From NCBI GenBank assembly GCA_016839605.1, contig JAEOTX010000044.1, forward strand, positions 31,854 to 95,853: a DNA stretch of 64,000 bases, written 5' to 3'. Source of the stretch: Candidatus Thorarchaeota archaeon. Its GTDB lineage: Archaea > Asgardarchaeota > Thorarchaeia > Thorarchaeales > Thorarchaeaceae. The notes below the pieces were generated by a model. The model searched no databases. It saw only the letters and a program-made list of their open reading frames with translations, and was not told where the DNA came from. Of the stretch, positions 46,756 to 55,229 are shown piece by piece. The position numbers were made by a program, and so were the translations under genes. Position 1 is the stretch's first letter. Each line of letters opens with the position of its first letter.

Positions 46756-47367
46756 AAACCAGCTAATGTCCCCAAGCATCTCGTGGGGCTGGTAATAGAT
46801 CGAGTTCTTGTCGTAAAGCAGTCGAACATTGGCTGGAAACTCCTCGTCTGCCTCGTCGAATATGAGCAGGACCTTCACTTTTGGTAGGAACTCTAATTCA
46901 AATCCAGCATCTCCATAGTCCACTCTCTTTGCACCAAGGCGTTCCAAGGTCTTGAATAGCTTCTCTTTCTTCTCAACGAACACTGAAGTCAGTGCTTTGA
47001 CATCCTCCTCATCAAAGGAGTATCTACAAGCCCAGGAACCTTGAAGTGCATTGTATTTGGACCACTCACCAGCAACACCCACATCTTTTGCCTTAGTGTA
47101 GTAGTAAAGGTGAGGGATTATGCGACTAGTATGGAATTCTTTGCCAGTCATTAGATCCTCCGTTTTTCCCGTTTCAAAGTTGATTCGAAGACCTAGAACG
47201 TCAAGAAACCCTCCCTCAAGGTCCAAGACTTTCTTTAGCTTGACAATTTCCTCCCCAAAATTGTCCCAGTTCCAGAATTCTGAGCTCTTATCGAAATCAT
47301 TGATATTGAACCTTGCCGCGAGTTCGCGCGCTTCAGCCATCCAATATTCTAGAATATCATCCGCCAT
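46723..47367 (-). CDS. hypothetical protein, DUF3786-like
   Basis: 214 aa. The C-terminal pattern YGDAGFELEFLPKVKVLLIFDEADEEFPANVRLLYDKNSIYYQPHE resembles my recollection of DUF3786, a family often found near corrinoid/CODH genes. The family call has low certainty. Confidence 0.55.
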   Translation of the reverse strand: MADDILEYWMAEARELAARFNINDFDKSSEFWNWDNFGEEIVKLKKVLDLEGGFLDVLGLRINFETGKTEDLMTGKEFHTSRIIPHLYYYTKAKDVGVAGEWSKYNALQGSWACRYSFDEEDVKALTSVFVEKKEKLFKTLERLGAKRVDYGDAGFELEFLPKVKVLLIFDEADEEFPANVRLLYDKNSIYYQPHEMLGDISWFLASRVFKALA

Positions 47368-47512
47368 TGCAGGTCGTCAGACCTAAGCGGCAACCATCTT
47401 TGTATCTTTGGTTATGTCAGATTCTAGCAATTCATTCAATCGGCATAGACTCAAATATCACAAACGTAAAATAACGCCTAAGTCCCCGACAAAGGGATTA
47501 AGAGGTTTATAG

Positions 47513-48079
47513 ATGGTCACAGCACTCTTCAAAGTGATCTTGATGGGCGACGGATCTGTCGGAAAGACAAGTCTCAGGCGCCAGTACATGGGTGAAGGCT
47601 TTAGAGCCAACTACATGATCACCATAGGCGCTGACTTCGCAGTCAAGAAGATGACCCTTGAGGGAGGGCATGATGTCAGTATTCAAATTTGGGATCTTGC
47701 CGGGCAAGAGCACTTCAAGAATGTACGTTCTACGTTTTATAGGGGCGCACAGGGTGCACTAACCGTCTACTCCACTGTGGAACGCACTTCTTTTGACAAC
47801 ATCGGAAACTGGCTTGACGAATGCTGGAGCAATGCAGGCAAGAAGATTCCAATCGTTCTGATAGGCAATAAGATAGACCTCAGAGAGCAGTTCAAAGACA
47901 ATCCAGTGATGCAACAGACAATTGTGACCACAGAAGAAGGTCAGACTATGGCGAATCGAATAGCCGAACGCGGTGCACATGTCAGCTTCCTTGAGACTTC
48001 AGCCAAGACCGGCCTGAATGTCGAGGCATCTTTCCTCGAACTAGCTATTAAAATCCTAGAAGTGGGTGGTCTGACCTAA
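47513..48079 (+). CDS. Rab/Ras-like small GTPase
   Basis: 188 aa with G1 GDGSVGKTS, switch I ITIGADF, G3 WDLAGQE, G4 GNKIDL and G5 ETSAKTG. There is no C-terminal Cys (ends EVGGLT). Confidence 0.9.
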   Translation: MVTALFKVILMGDGSVGKTSLRRQYMGEGFRANYMITIGADFAVKKMTLEGGHDVSIQIWDLAGQEHFKNVRSTFYRGAQGALTVYSTVERTSFDNIGNWLDECWSNAGKKIPIVLIGNKIDLREQFKDNPVMQQTIVTTEEGQTMANRIAERGAHVSFLETSAKTGLNVEASFLELAIKILEVGGLT

Positions 48080-48106
48080 CCAATTCATACTCTAGGCGAA
48101 ACAGAC

Positions 48107-48505
48107 ATGGCATTAGGTGATTTTCTCTTTCCACATCTCGACCTGAAATTGGTGATAGCCCACTCCTTCGAGGTTGACATTGAGGCTGAGAAGGATAAGA
48201 AATCAAAGGAATATCAGGACCTCGCGGCAAGGGCGTCCTTTAGTAAGAGTGATTTCCAGAAGCTAGGCATCAAGGAAGGCGGTTCTGTCAACATCAAATC
48301 GAAGTCGGGCCAAGTCGTTGTGGGCGGATTCATTGATGAGCGGCTTGAAGATAGTGTGTCATCAATGCCTCGCGGACCTTGGGCACTATCTCTCGTAGCA
48401 GTTCCAACTGACGGTTCGCCTCCGCAATTGCATGGAATACAGGTCACAGCCACAAAATCGGACGATAAGATTACTTCTCTTGACTCTCTTTTGGAGGGCC
48501 CTTGA
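48107..48505 (+). CDS. FwdD-like molybdopterin-dinucleotide-binding (double-psi beta-barrel) domain protein
   Basis: 132 aa. ...FQKLGIKEGGSVNIKSKSGQVVV... and MPRGPWA resemble FwdD/FmdD and the C-terminal domain of Mo/W-bis-PGD enzymes. Starts 27 nt after the GTPase stop. Confidence 0.7.
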   Translation: MALGDFLFPHLDLKLVIAHSFEVDIEAEKDKKSKEYQDLAARASFSKSDFQKLGIKEGGSVNIKSKSGQVVVGGFIDERLEDSVSSMPRGPWALSLVAVPTDGSPPQLHGIQVTATKSDDKITSLDSLLEGP

Positions 48506-49853
48506 TTTTTGAAACAACTTTGTCCATTTGACCCCGCTCTACCTGCAGTGTCAATCTAGGACTTGATTTGAGCAGATTCAATGTACGCTGAGCGACCTTC
48601 ATCGCTTTATCTCGGACTCCATCCTCCGATTCCCATCCCTGTCCTTCTCGTATATTGACCCGTGCCCTCTCAGCAGCTAAGACAGTGATTTCCCTTTCAA
48701 AGAGTCCGCTTTTTGGAGGGTCATTGCCAATGACCGCTTCAAAGAACAGCCTTCTAGCCTTCTCCCACTCACGAACTTTCTCAAGCTCCTCAACATTGTA
48801 GCCATCACGTTTTGCTTCCAGAACATCATATGGGCAAGAATGCTCGCATGCTCCGCAGTAGAGGCAGTGCTCGGATATGTCGATTTTCTCTTCAGTTCCT
48901 GTCGGATGGATTGCTTTGACTGGACATATGTTGAAGCAGTTGTGACAGCCAACTGGATCACATTTGTCACGCCTTACTATGACTACTTCTCCTGAGAATG
49001 GCTTAGTGACCTTAAGAGCATCATAAGGACAGACCTGAGCGCATAGGCCACACTTCACGCAGGTCTCATCATTGTGGTGCAGCTCGCCTGATATCTTAGG
49101 ATCTTTAATGGTCCTGGGACTGGACTTGGTACATTCGACAGTTATAGCTTCATCTGGACATATCTTTGCACACAATCCACAGTAGTCGCATTCTTCGTCT
49201 ATGGCTCTGATACTTACTGCTGGTCTGAAATCAGGCGGTTCAGCTGATTCCGACCAGAAGATTTTGATTGCTTCAGGACAAAGGAGTTCGCACAACCCAC
49301 AAAGTGAACACTTGTCCTCGTCTATCTTTATTGTGCCTTCAGCTGATTCTTCACCCTCATACTTGACGAGGTCCTTCTTCCATTCGACTTTGACTTCAGC
49401 GTCGAGTGACTCAGTTGGGCAGACCTTTGCACAAAGTAAGCAGGGCGCACACTTCTCCTCATCAATTGTGTGGACTCCGTCGATGTTGACAAAGTCGTTG
49501 ATAGCTCCTTCTCCCTCATATTTGGCATCAAAGGCATTGAAAATGCAGGAAGAGTCGCAGAGTCCACAGAAGGTGCATAGCTCAGGATCGACATTCACGA
49601 GCGGAGCTCCCTCAATCCTTCCTGCTGCTGTTTCCTGAACAGGTCCAAGGGTAATTGCCTCCCAGGGGCAAGGTAGGCATAGACTGCAACCCACGCATTT
49701 GTCAATTGCATGGTCAAGAGTCTTCTTGAGCAACGAGGTTTTCCAGGCAAATTTCACCTTGCCATCTTCAATGTCCATGGACACGACAGGCTTCTCGCCA
49801 ACTGTAATATTATGTCGCTCCATGATGTTAGCCTCCGACTGCCTCTCTTGCAT
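48471..49853 (-). CDS. polyferredoxin (about eight [4Fe-4S] binding motifs)
   Basis: 460 aa with repeated CxxCxxCxxxCP motifs, e.g. CTFCGLCDSSC, CAPCLLCAKVCP, CSLCGLCELLCP, CDYCGLCAKICP, CVKCGLCAQVCP and CLYCGACEHSCP. Confidence 0.85.
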   Translation of the reverse strand: MQERQSEANIMERHNITVGEKPVVSMDIEDGKVKFAWKTSLLKKTLDHAIDKCVGCSLCLPCPWEAITLGPVQETAAGRIEGAPLVNVDPELCTFCGLCDSSCIFNAFDAKYEGEGAINDFVNIDGVHTIDEEKCAPCLLCAKVCPTESLDAEVKVEWKKDLVKYEGEESAEGTIKIDEDKCSLCGLCELLCPEAIKIFWSESAEPPDFRPAVSIRAIDEECDYCGLCAKICPDEAITVECTKSSPRTIKDPKISGELHHNDETCVKCGLCAQVCPYDALKVTKPFSGEVVIVRRDKCDPVGCHNCFNICPVKAIHPTGTEEKIDISEHCLYCGACEHSCPYDVLEAKRDGYNVEELEKVREWEKARRLFFEAVIGNDPPKSGLFEREITVLAAERARVNIREGQGWESEDGVRDKAMKVAQRTLNLLKSSPRLTLQVERGQMDKVVSKIKGPPKESQEK

Positions 49854-52278
49854 CCTGGGGCGGTTTGACAGTAGGCTTTTCTACTATTTCTCTGCCTAAT
49901 GGTCCAAGACGTGTTATTCTATTTACAAATCTCGTTACTTGCTCTGCGAAACTATCAGCTTCAGATGCGGAAGCACTACCAAAGTAAAGGCGTCCCCCAT
50001 CGATTCCTGAAGCCCTGAGCAACTCCCTTACCTTGCCCATCCTGTTCTGAGCATATCCGGCACCTGACCGATAGTGACAATCTTGAATGTGACATCCCAT
50101 GACTGCCACGCCATCAGCGCCCTCTGCAAACGCAGTCATTATAGTTACCACATTCAGACGTCCAGTACATGGAACCTGTATCGGTATCATATTCGGTGGA
50201 TAGGTAATCCTAGCAGTCCCGGCTCTATCTGCAGCCCCATAGGCACACCATCGACAAAGATATCCAACGATAGCTGGCTTCTGAGGATTATATTCCACCG
50301 CGGCCTTTGTTGCACTCAATAGCTGTTCATTCGTTAGGCATGGAAGATCAAGAGCCCCAGATGGGCACGCGGCCGCACATGATCCACATCCCCTGCAAGC
50401 AGCCATGTTAATCAATGGATGCTTTTCGTCATTGAAAGAAATCGCATCGGGAGTACAGTTCTGTTCGCACAAGCGGCAGCTGATGCATAGAGATGGATCA
50501 AGAGATGGAACACATGCCTCTGTAATCACCTTGCCACTAGTGAGCAAGGTCTTGACCTTTGATGCAGCAAGTCCGGCATGGGCTACAGTGTCAGAGATGT
50601 CCTTTGGACCCTGAGCTACTCCTGATAGAAAGACGCCCTTCGTCGGGGTTGTGCTTGGTCCAAGTTTGGGGTGTTGCTCAAGGAAGAAGCCGTTCTCATC
50701 TAATGGTACTTTGAGTAGCCTCGACAGAGCGATATTACTTGGCTCTGCATCCATTCCAACCATTAGGACAACAAGATCCACATCCATCTCGAGTTGCCGT
50801 CTTAGTGTTATGTCCTCTGCACGAATGCTTGTCTGACCAGTGACCGGATCTAGGACAACCTCACCGATCGCTCCTCGGACGAAATTCACCTTGTATTCCT
50901 TTGCCGCCCGGACTTGGAGTTCTTCATGTCCCTTTCCAAAGGTCCTTAAGTCGGAATGAAAGACGAAGGCCTCGATCTCAGGTATCTGCTGTTTGATTTG
51001 AACTACTTCTTTGACAGACGCTGTGCAACAAGCTCTACTGCAATACGGTCGTCCGAAGCGCTCTGAACGACTGCCTACACAAGGCACGAATACGACTCTT
51101 CTAGGCACTTCGCCGCTTGAAGGTCTGACAAGCTTTCCGCCACTCGGCCCTCCTGGGTTCAATAGCCTCTCGAGCTCCAATGATGTTATGACATCAGGAT
51201 TCTCCCCGTATCCAAGTTCCTCGACAATTCGTGGGTCAAATGGCATAAACCCTGTTGCAACAACAATAGCGCCTACGGTGACTGTTTCAGTAGACTCCTC
51301 TTCCTCATATCGAAGAGATTTTGGTTCGCATACCCCTGCACAGGATTGGCATCCAATACAGTTCTGAGTGTCTATGTAAGGTGCGAGAGGCACCAAGTCA
51401 ATCAATGGCCTCACCATAGCTTTTCTCTTTCCGAGCCCGTAATTGTACTCATCAGGGACCTCTACAGGACATACCTCTATACACTTGTTGCAGCCAGTGC
51501 AGGACTCTAGGTCAACAAATCTGGGTCGTTTTCTCAATGTCACATTGTAATGACCAACCGCACCTCTCACGTCAATGATGTCGGTCAAGGTCGATATCTG
51601 GATATTCTCATGCCTTGCGACCCTTGCCATCATAGGACCAAGAATACAGATTCCACAGTCAAATGTTGGGAACAGCTTGTCCCACTTTGCCATGTGACCT
51701 CCGAGGAATCCTTCCCTCTCTACTACAACCGTGCTTATGCCAGAATCAGCAAGCTCGAGCGCAGTGGTTAGTCCCGCAACACCGCCACCAATCACTAGCG
51801 CTTTCTGAGTCACAGGCACATCATGTGTGGTGATTGGATAGGATTTGTCTACTTTGGCTAATCCAGTGTCTATAATAGCTGCAGCTTTGGCAGTTGCTAC
51901 TTCTGGGTCATCATAATGTACCCAACTGCATTGCTCTCTGATGTTTGCCATATGGAGGTGTCCTGGGTTTAGTCCCGCCTCCTTCACAGCGTCAGAGAAC
52001 AGTTCCCTATGAAGGAGAGGCGAACATGCAGCAATAACAGCTTTGCCCACCTTGCTTTTCTTGATAGACTTAATCAGATCTACTACTCCTTGTTCTGAAC
52101 AAAAATGGTCGTTTACCTCAACAAGCGAGATTCCCTTGGCCTCGTATTTTGCCTTCAATGAGTCAACATCGATGGTGTCTGCGATATTTGAGCCGCATCG
52201 ACAAAGGTAGACTGCAGTCTTGTCAGTCTTTTTCTCTTTCTTCTTCTTGCTTTTCTTTTTGCGACTCACAATTTCCAC
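49828..52278 (-). CDS. hdrA: HdrA-like flavoprotein fused to a C-terminal MvhD domain
   Basis: 816 aa with the HdrA N-terminal pattern VYLCRCGSNIADTIDV ... AACSP and FAD motif VIGGGVAGLTTALELA, plus ferredoxin motifs. The C-terminal IVGYLCRWCAYGAADRAG ... PCTGR ... MGCHIQDCHY is MvhD-like. Confidence 0.9.
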   Translation of the reverse strand: MEIVSRKKKSKKKKEKKTDKTAVYLCRCGSNIADTIDVDSLKAKYEAKGISLVEVNDHFCSEQGVVDLIKSIKKSKVGKAVIAACSPLLHRELFSDAVKEAGLNPGHLHMANIREQCSWVHYDDPEVATAKAAAIIDTGLAKVDKSYPITTHDVPVTQKALVIGGGVAGLTTALELADSGISTVVVEREGFLGGHMAKWDKLFPTFDCGICILGPMMARVARHENIQISTLTDIIDVRGAVGHYNVTLRKRPRFVDLESCTGCNKCIEVCPVEVPDEYNYGLGKRKAMVRPLIDLVPLAPYIDTQNCIGCQSCAGVCEPKSLRYEEEESTETVTVGAIVVATGFMPFDPRIVEELGYGENPDVITSLELERLLNPGGPSGGKLVRPSSGEVPRRVVFVPCVGSRSERFGRPYCSRACCTASVKEVVQIKQQIPEIEAFVFHSDLRTFGKGHEELQVRAAKEYKVNFVRGAIGEVVLDPVTGQTSIRAEDITLRRQLEMDVDLVVLMVGMDAEPSNIALSRLLKVPLDENGFFLEQHPKLGPSTTPTKGVFLSGVAQGPKDISDTVAHAGLAASKVKTLLTSGKVITEACVPSLDPSLCISCRLCEQNCTPDAISFNDEKHPLINMAACRGCGSCAAACPSGALDLPCLTNEQLLSATKAAVEYNPQKPAIVGYLCRWCAYGAADRAGTARITYPPNMIPIQVPCTGRLNVVTIMTAFAEGADGVAVMGCHIQDCHYRSGAGYAQNRMGKVRELLRASGIDGGRLYFGSASASEADSFAEQVTRFVNRITRLGPLGREIVEKPTVKPPQDAREAVGG

Positions 52279-52546
52279 CTAGGTGTGACAAAGACCCTTG
52301 GGCCAGGTGTTATCTGATTGTTTGTGTTACTTCGGTCTTTCAACTTGATGAGCTTCTTTCTATCCAGTATAAGTGTGAGCATTCAGGATTCAGAGCCAAC
52401 ATTCTACGATAAGAAGACTGTGATATCTGGAGAAATGGACTTTCCAATGAGCCCTGTGCCATACCGCATCATTCTTTTTAGGAGAAAACTGGATTCCCAC
52501 AGGCAATGGCTAGTGATAACACACCCGCCAAGGGAGACCCGAAGAC

Positions 52547-53005
52547 TTGAAACTCAATCCCATGGAGCTTTACAATCTATTACCCAAGACAAACTGCCGT
52601 CTATGCGAACCAAAGACCTGCATGGCTTTTGCGACTAAGATGGCGCTTGGTGACGTTCTCCCTGATGACTGCCCCCCTCTCCTGGAAGAGGGATTTGAGA
52701 AGAACCTTGAGAAGCTAAGAGAACTTGTCGCTCCGATGCAATCAGCAGAGGAAACTGGAATAAAACTGGATGATTCCAAGTGCACTGGTTGTGGCAACTG
52801 TGTTGTTGTCTGTCCAGTAGATGTAGCCGTCGAGCCTGAAACAGGTCATGGTAAGGCTGGCAAAAGTCGTGACACAGTCTTCATTGTTGAGAACGGGATT
52901 TCAAAGATAATCAATCTGGAGAAGTGCAGGCGATTTCCCCCTGATCGGCTCAATTGCAGAGTCTGTGAACAGTATTGCTGCACAGATGCCATCGAGATTT
53001 GGTAG
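52547..53005 (+). CDS. Fe-S protein: CdhE/AcsC-type N-terminal [4Fe-4S] domain fused to a 2x[4Fe-4S] ferredoxin-like domain
   Basis: 152 aa. LLPKTNCRLCEPKTCMAFATKMA...C has the same Cys spacing as the CdhE N-terminus in this window (LLPGTNCEECGEANCMAFATKLA...C). It is followed by CTGCGNCVVVCP and a second Cys group. The start is TTG 52547 or ATG 52562. Confidence 0.75.
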   Translation: MKLNPMELYNLLPKTNCRLCEPKTCMAFATKMALGDVLPDDCPPLLEEGFEKNLEKLRELVAPMQSAEETGIKLDDSKCTGCGNCVVVCPVDVAVEPETGHGKAGKSRDTVFIVENGISKIINLEKCRRFPPDRLNCRVCEQYCCTDAIEIW

Positions 53006-53013
53006 GTGATACT

Positions 53014-54249
53014 ATGGAAGATATCGTCTGCAGTGGATGCGCGTTACTTTGTGATGATGTGGCCGCAGAGGTGAAAGGTGAGGAAATTAGCTCATTGGGC
53101 CTCTGTAGACTCGGTCATCAACACTTGATCTCCTCAATAAAGATGCACGACGCGAAATCTGTGGTCCGCGATACCGGTACAGAAAAGACGGTCTCTATAG
53201 GTGTGGCACTGAAGAAAGCATCAGAGATTCTGCTCACTGCAAAGCGTCCTCTTCTTTATGGGTGGTCTCACTCAACAGATGAAACCATCACGAAAGGAAT
53301 TGAGCTGGCAAAGTCCATAGGAGCCGCTTTCGATACTACCGCTAGTCTTGGATTGGTTCAGGCACTCATCCATAAGCTTCACTCCAAGCAGCTGGAAATC
53401 GATCTTGATTATGTCCGAAATAATGGTGAGTTCATTCTGTATTGGGGATCTAATCCAACAGAGAGCAGTCATCGACATCCCAGTAAGTTTGCAGTCTTGC
53501 CGCGTGGCGAAAACATACCTGAGGGAATCGAGAGTAGGACTATCGGAGTCGTGGATGTTCGAAATACGGAGACAATGAAGATGGCCAATCATCGACTGAT
53601 TATCCCTCCCGGGGCAGACGCAGAGTTACTTGATGCATTGTCATCTGATATTTTAGGAAAGAGTCCTATCACTGGAGATGTAGCTGGTATTTCTGCTCAG
53701 GAGCTGCTTGGGCTTGTTCGCAATGTAAAGAAATCCGACTGCACAGTGATATTCTATGGCAGCGGATTGATTAACTCAGGAAATACAGAGGCGAATCTTT
53801 CTGGGCTCCAAACACTAATCGAGTCTGTGAGGGAGGCTGGGAAGCAGGCATTCGCTTTGCCCATGGCAACAGAACCCAACATCATGGGTGTCACTAAGAA
53901 CGCAGTTGAAGCAGGAGATGGGGATACACTTCGTAGGCTTGTGGCTGGAGAGTTCGAAGCTGCACTCATAGTTGGCGACGATTCACTTGTAGAGCTGCCT
54001 GGACCTGCAGCTAAGGCATTCGCTAGCATTCCACTGATTTACGTTGGTCCACCTGGCGGCATCACCGATGCCAAAGCAAGAGTTTCTATTCACGTTGCAG
54101 ACAGTATGCTATTGGGATCTGGCAAAATGCATCGGCTCGATTTTGTTGAGGTTCCGTACAAGCAGTGGAGCGCTCATCCAAAGCAACCTGCAGCTGAATT
54201 TGACGTGATATCAAGACTACATGAACTTGTGACTAAGGGGTTGAAATAG
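53014..54249 (+). CDS. FwdB/FmdB-like molybdopterin oxidoreductase family protein without an evident Mo/W-ligand cysteine
   Basis: About 411 aa. The N-terminus IVCSGCALLCDDV...C matches FwdB. Only one further Cys is present (KKSDCTVIFYGSG). ATG at 53014 is preferred over 52975. Confidence 0.8.
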   Translation: MEDIVCSGCALLCDDVAAEVKGEEISSLGLCRLGHQHLISSIKMHDAKSVVRDTGTEKTVSIGVALKKASEILLTAKRPLLYGWSHSTDETITKGIELAKSIGAAFDTTASLGLVQALIHKLHSKQLEIDLDYVRNNGEFILYWGSNPTESSHRHPSKFAVLPRGENIPEGIESRTIGVVDVRNTETMKMANHRLIIPPGADAELLDALSSDILGKSPITGDVAGISAQELLGLVRNVKKSDCTVIFYGSGLINSGNTEANLSGLQTLIESVREAGKQAFALPMATEPNIMGVTKNAVEAGDGDTLRRLVAGEFEAALIVGDDSLVELPGPAAKAFASIPLIYVGPPGGITDAKARVSIHVADSMLLGSGKMHRLDFVEVPYKQWSAHPKQPAAEFDVISRLHELVTKGLK

Positions 54250-54252
54250 ACA

Positions 54253-55050
54253 ATGAAGATAGCTGTAGCAGGTAAGGGAGGGGTCGGAAAGACCACAGTT
54301 GCTGGTACAATCGCTCGACTCTTGGGACAAGATGGTTTGAGCATTCTTGCTGTAGATGCAGATCCAAGCTATACCCTATGGTCTGCGTTAGGCATTCCAG
54401 CTGAACAGGCTGAGAAAATTGTCCCTTTGACAGAGAATGAGGACTTATTGAAAGAGCGAATGGAGATTTCAGGTGCAGGCTCTTACAAAGAAGTCTTCAA
54501 ACTGAATCCGCGTGTTGATGACCTCAGTGGTCTGTTTGCAGTCGAGGGGCCGGATAACGTAAGCCTACTTGTCGCAGGCACCGTAGAACTTGGAGGTTCA
54601 GGATGCATGTGTCCATCTGCTACTCTCCTCAAGGCGCTTATGCGGTTCCTGGTTCTAGGTTCTGATGAAGCGTTTGTGATGGACATGGATGCTGGAGTGG
54701 AGAACCTTGGTCGAGGGACAACCACCGGAATGGACGCGCTCATCGTAGTTGCAGAACCAGGGCGTAGGTCTCTAGCAATCCTGTCCAAGATTAAGCAGCT
54801 AGCACTTGACATTAACGTTGGTCGCATACTAGCTGTAGGCAACAAGGTCGCTGATCCTGAGGATGAAGAAATGATTCGGAAAAGAGTGGAATCCGAAGGA
54901 ATACCCCTTCTCGGAATGGTCCCACTTGATGAATCGATCAAAGCCGCTGACCGAAAAGGCATGGCTCCGATAGACCTTGATGCTGACTCACCAGGGATGG
55001 TGGCAATTCGAGAGATAAAACAACGTCTTGTTGATGAGTTTCGAGAATGA
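54253..55050 (+). CDS. cooC: CooC/AcsF-type nickel-insertion ATPase (copy 1)
   Basis: 265 aa with deviant Walker A AGKGGVGKTT and CxC metal motif GSGCMCP. Starts 3 nt after the FwdB-like stop. Confidence 0.9.
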   Translation: MKIAVAGKGGVGKTTVAGTIARLLGQDGLSILAVDADPSYTLWSALGIPAEQAEKIVPLTENEDLLKERMEISGAGSYKEVFKLNPRVDDLSGLFAVEGPDNVSLLVAGTVELGGSGCMCPSATLLKALMRFLVLGSDEAFVMDMDAGVENLGRGTTTGMDALIVVAEPGRRSLAILSKIKQLALDINVGRILAVGNKVADPEDEEMIRKRVESEGIPLLGMVPLDESIKAADRKGMAPIDLDADSPGMVAIREIKQRLVDEFRE

Positions 55051-55229
55051 ACACGCTTTTCTTAAAGTTACACTGTGAACGTTCAAATCGGTGTCATATA
55101 ATTTACCGAAAGAATACGGATTCATTTGGTTAACGATTGATTCGTATACTTGTTCTCGATATCGTTGATGATTCATAACCTTATTATGCTGCTTTTTGTC
55201 ACGACCAGCATATTAGCCACAGGGTTTGT

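Noticed and set aside
53014-54249. Possible selenocysteine (TGA) recoding in the FwdB-like gene or in hdrA.
   Set aside because: Both reading frames are continuous with no in-frame TGA, and no SECIS-like requirement arises.
55106-55112. A further CCGAAAG heptamer upstream of cdhA, considered as another copy of the 44.9/45.9 kb motif.
   Set aside because: Only the 7-nt core matches, and the flanks differ. A 7-mer is expected several times by chance in 64 kb on two strands.
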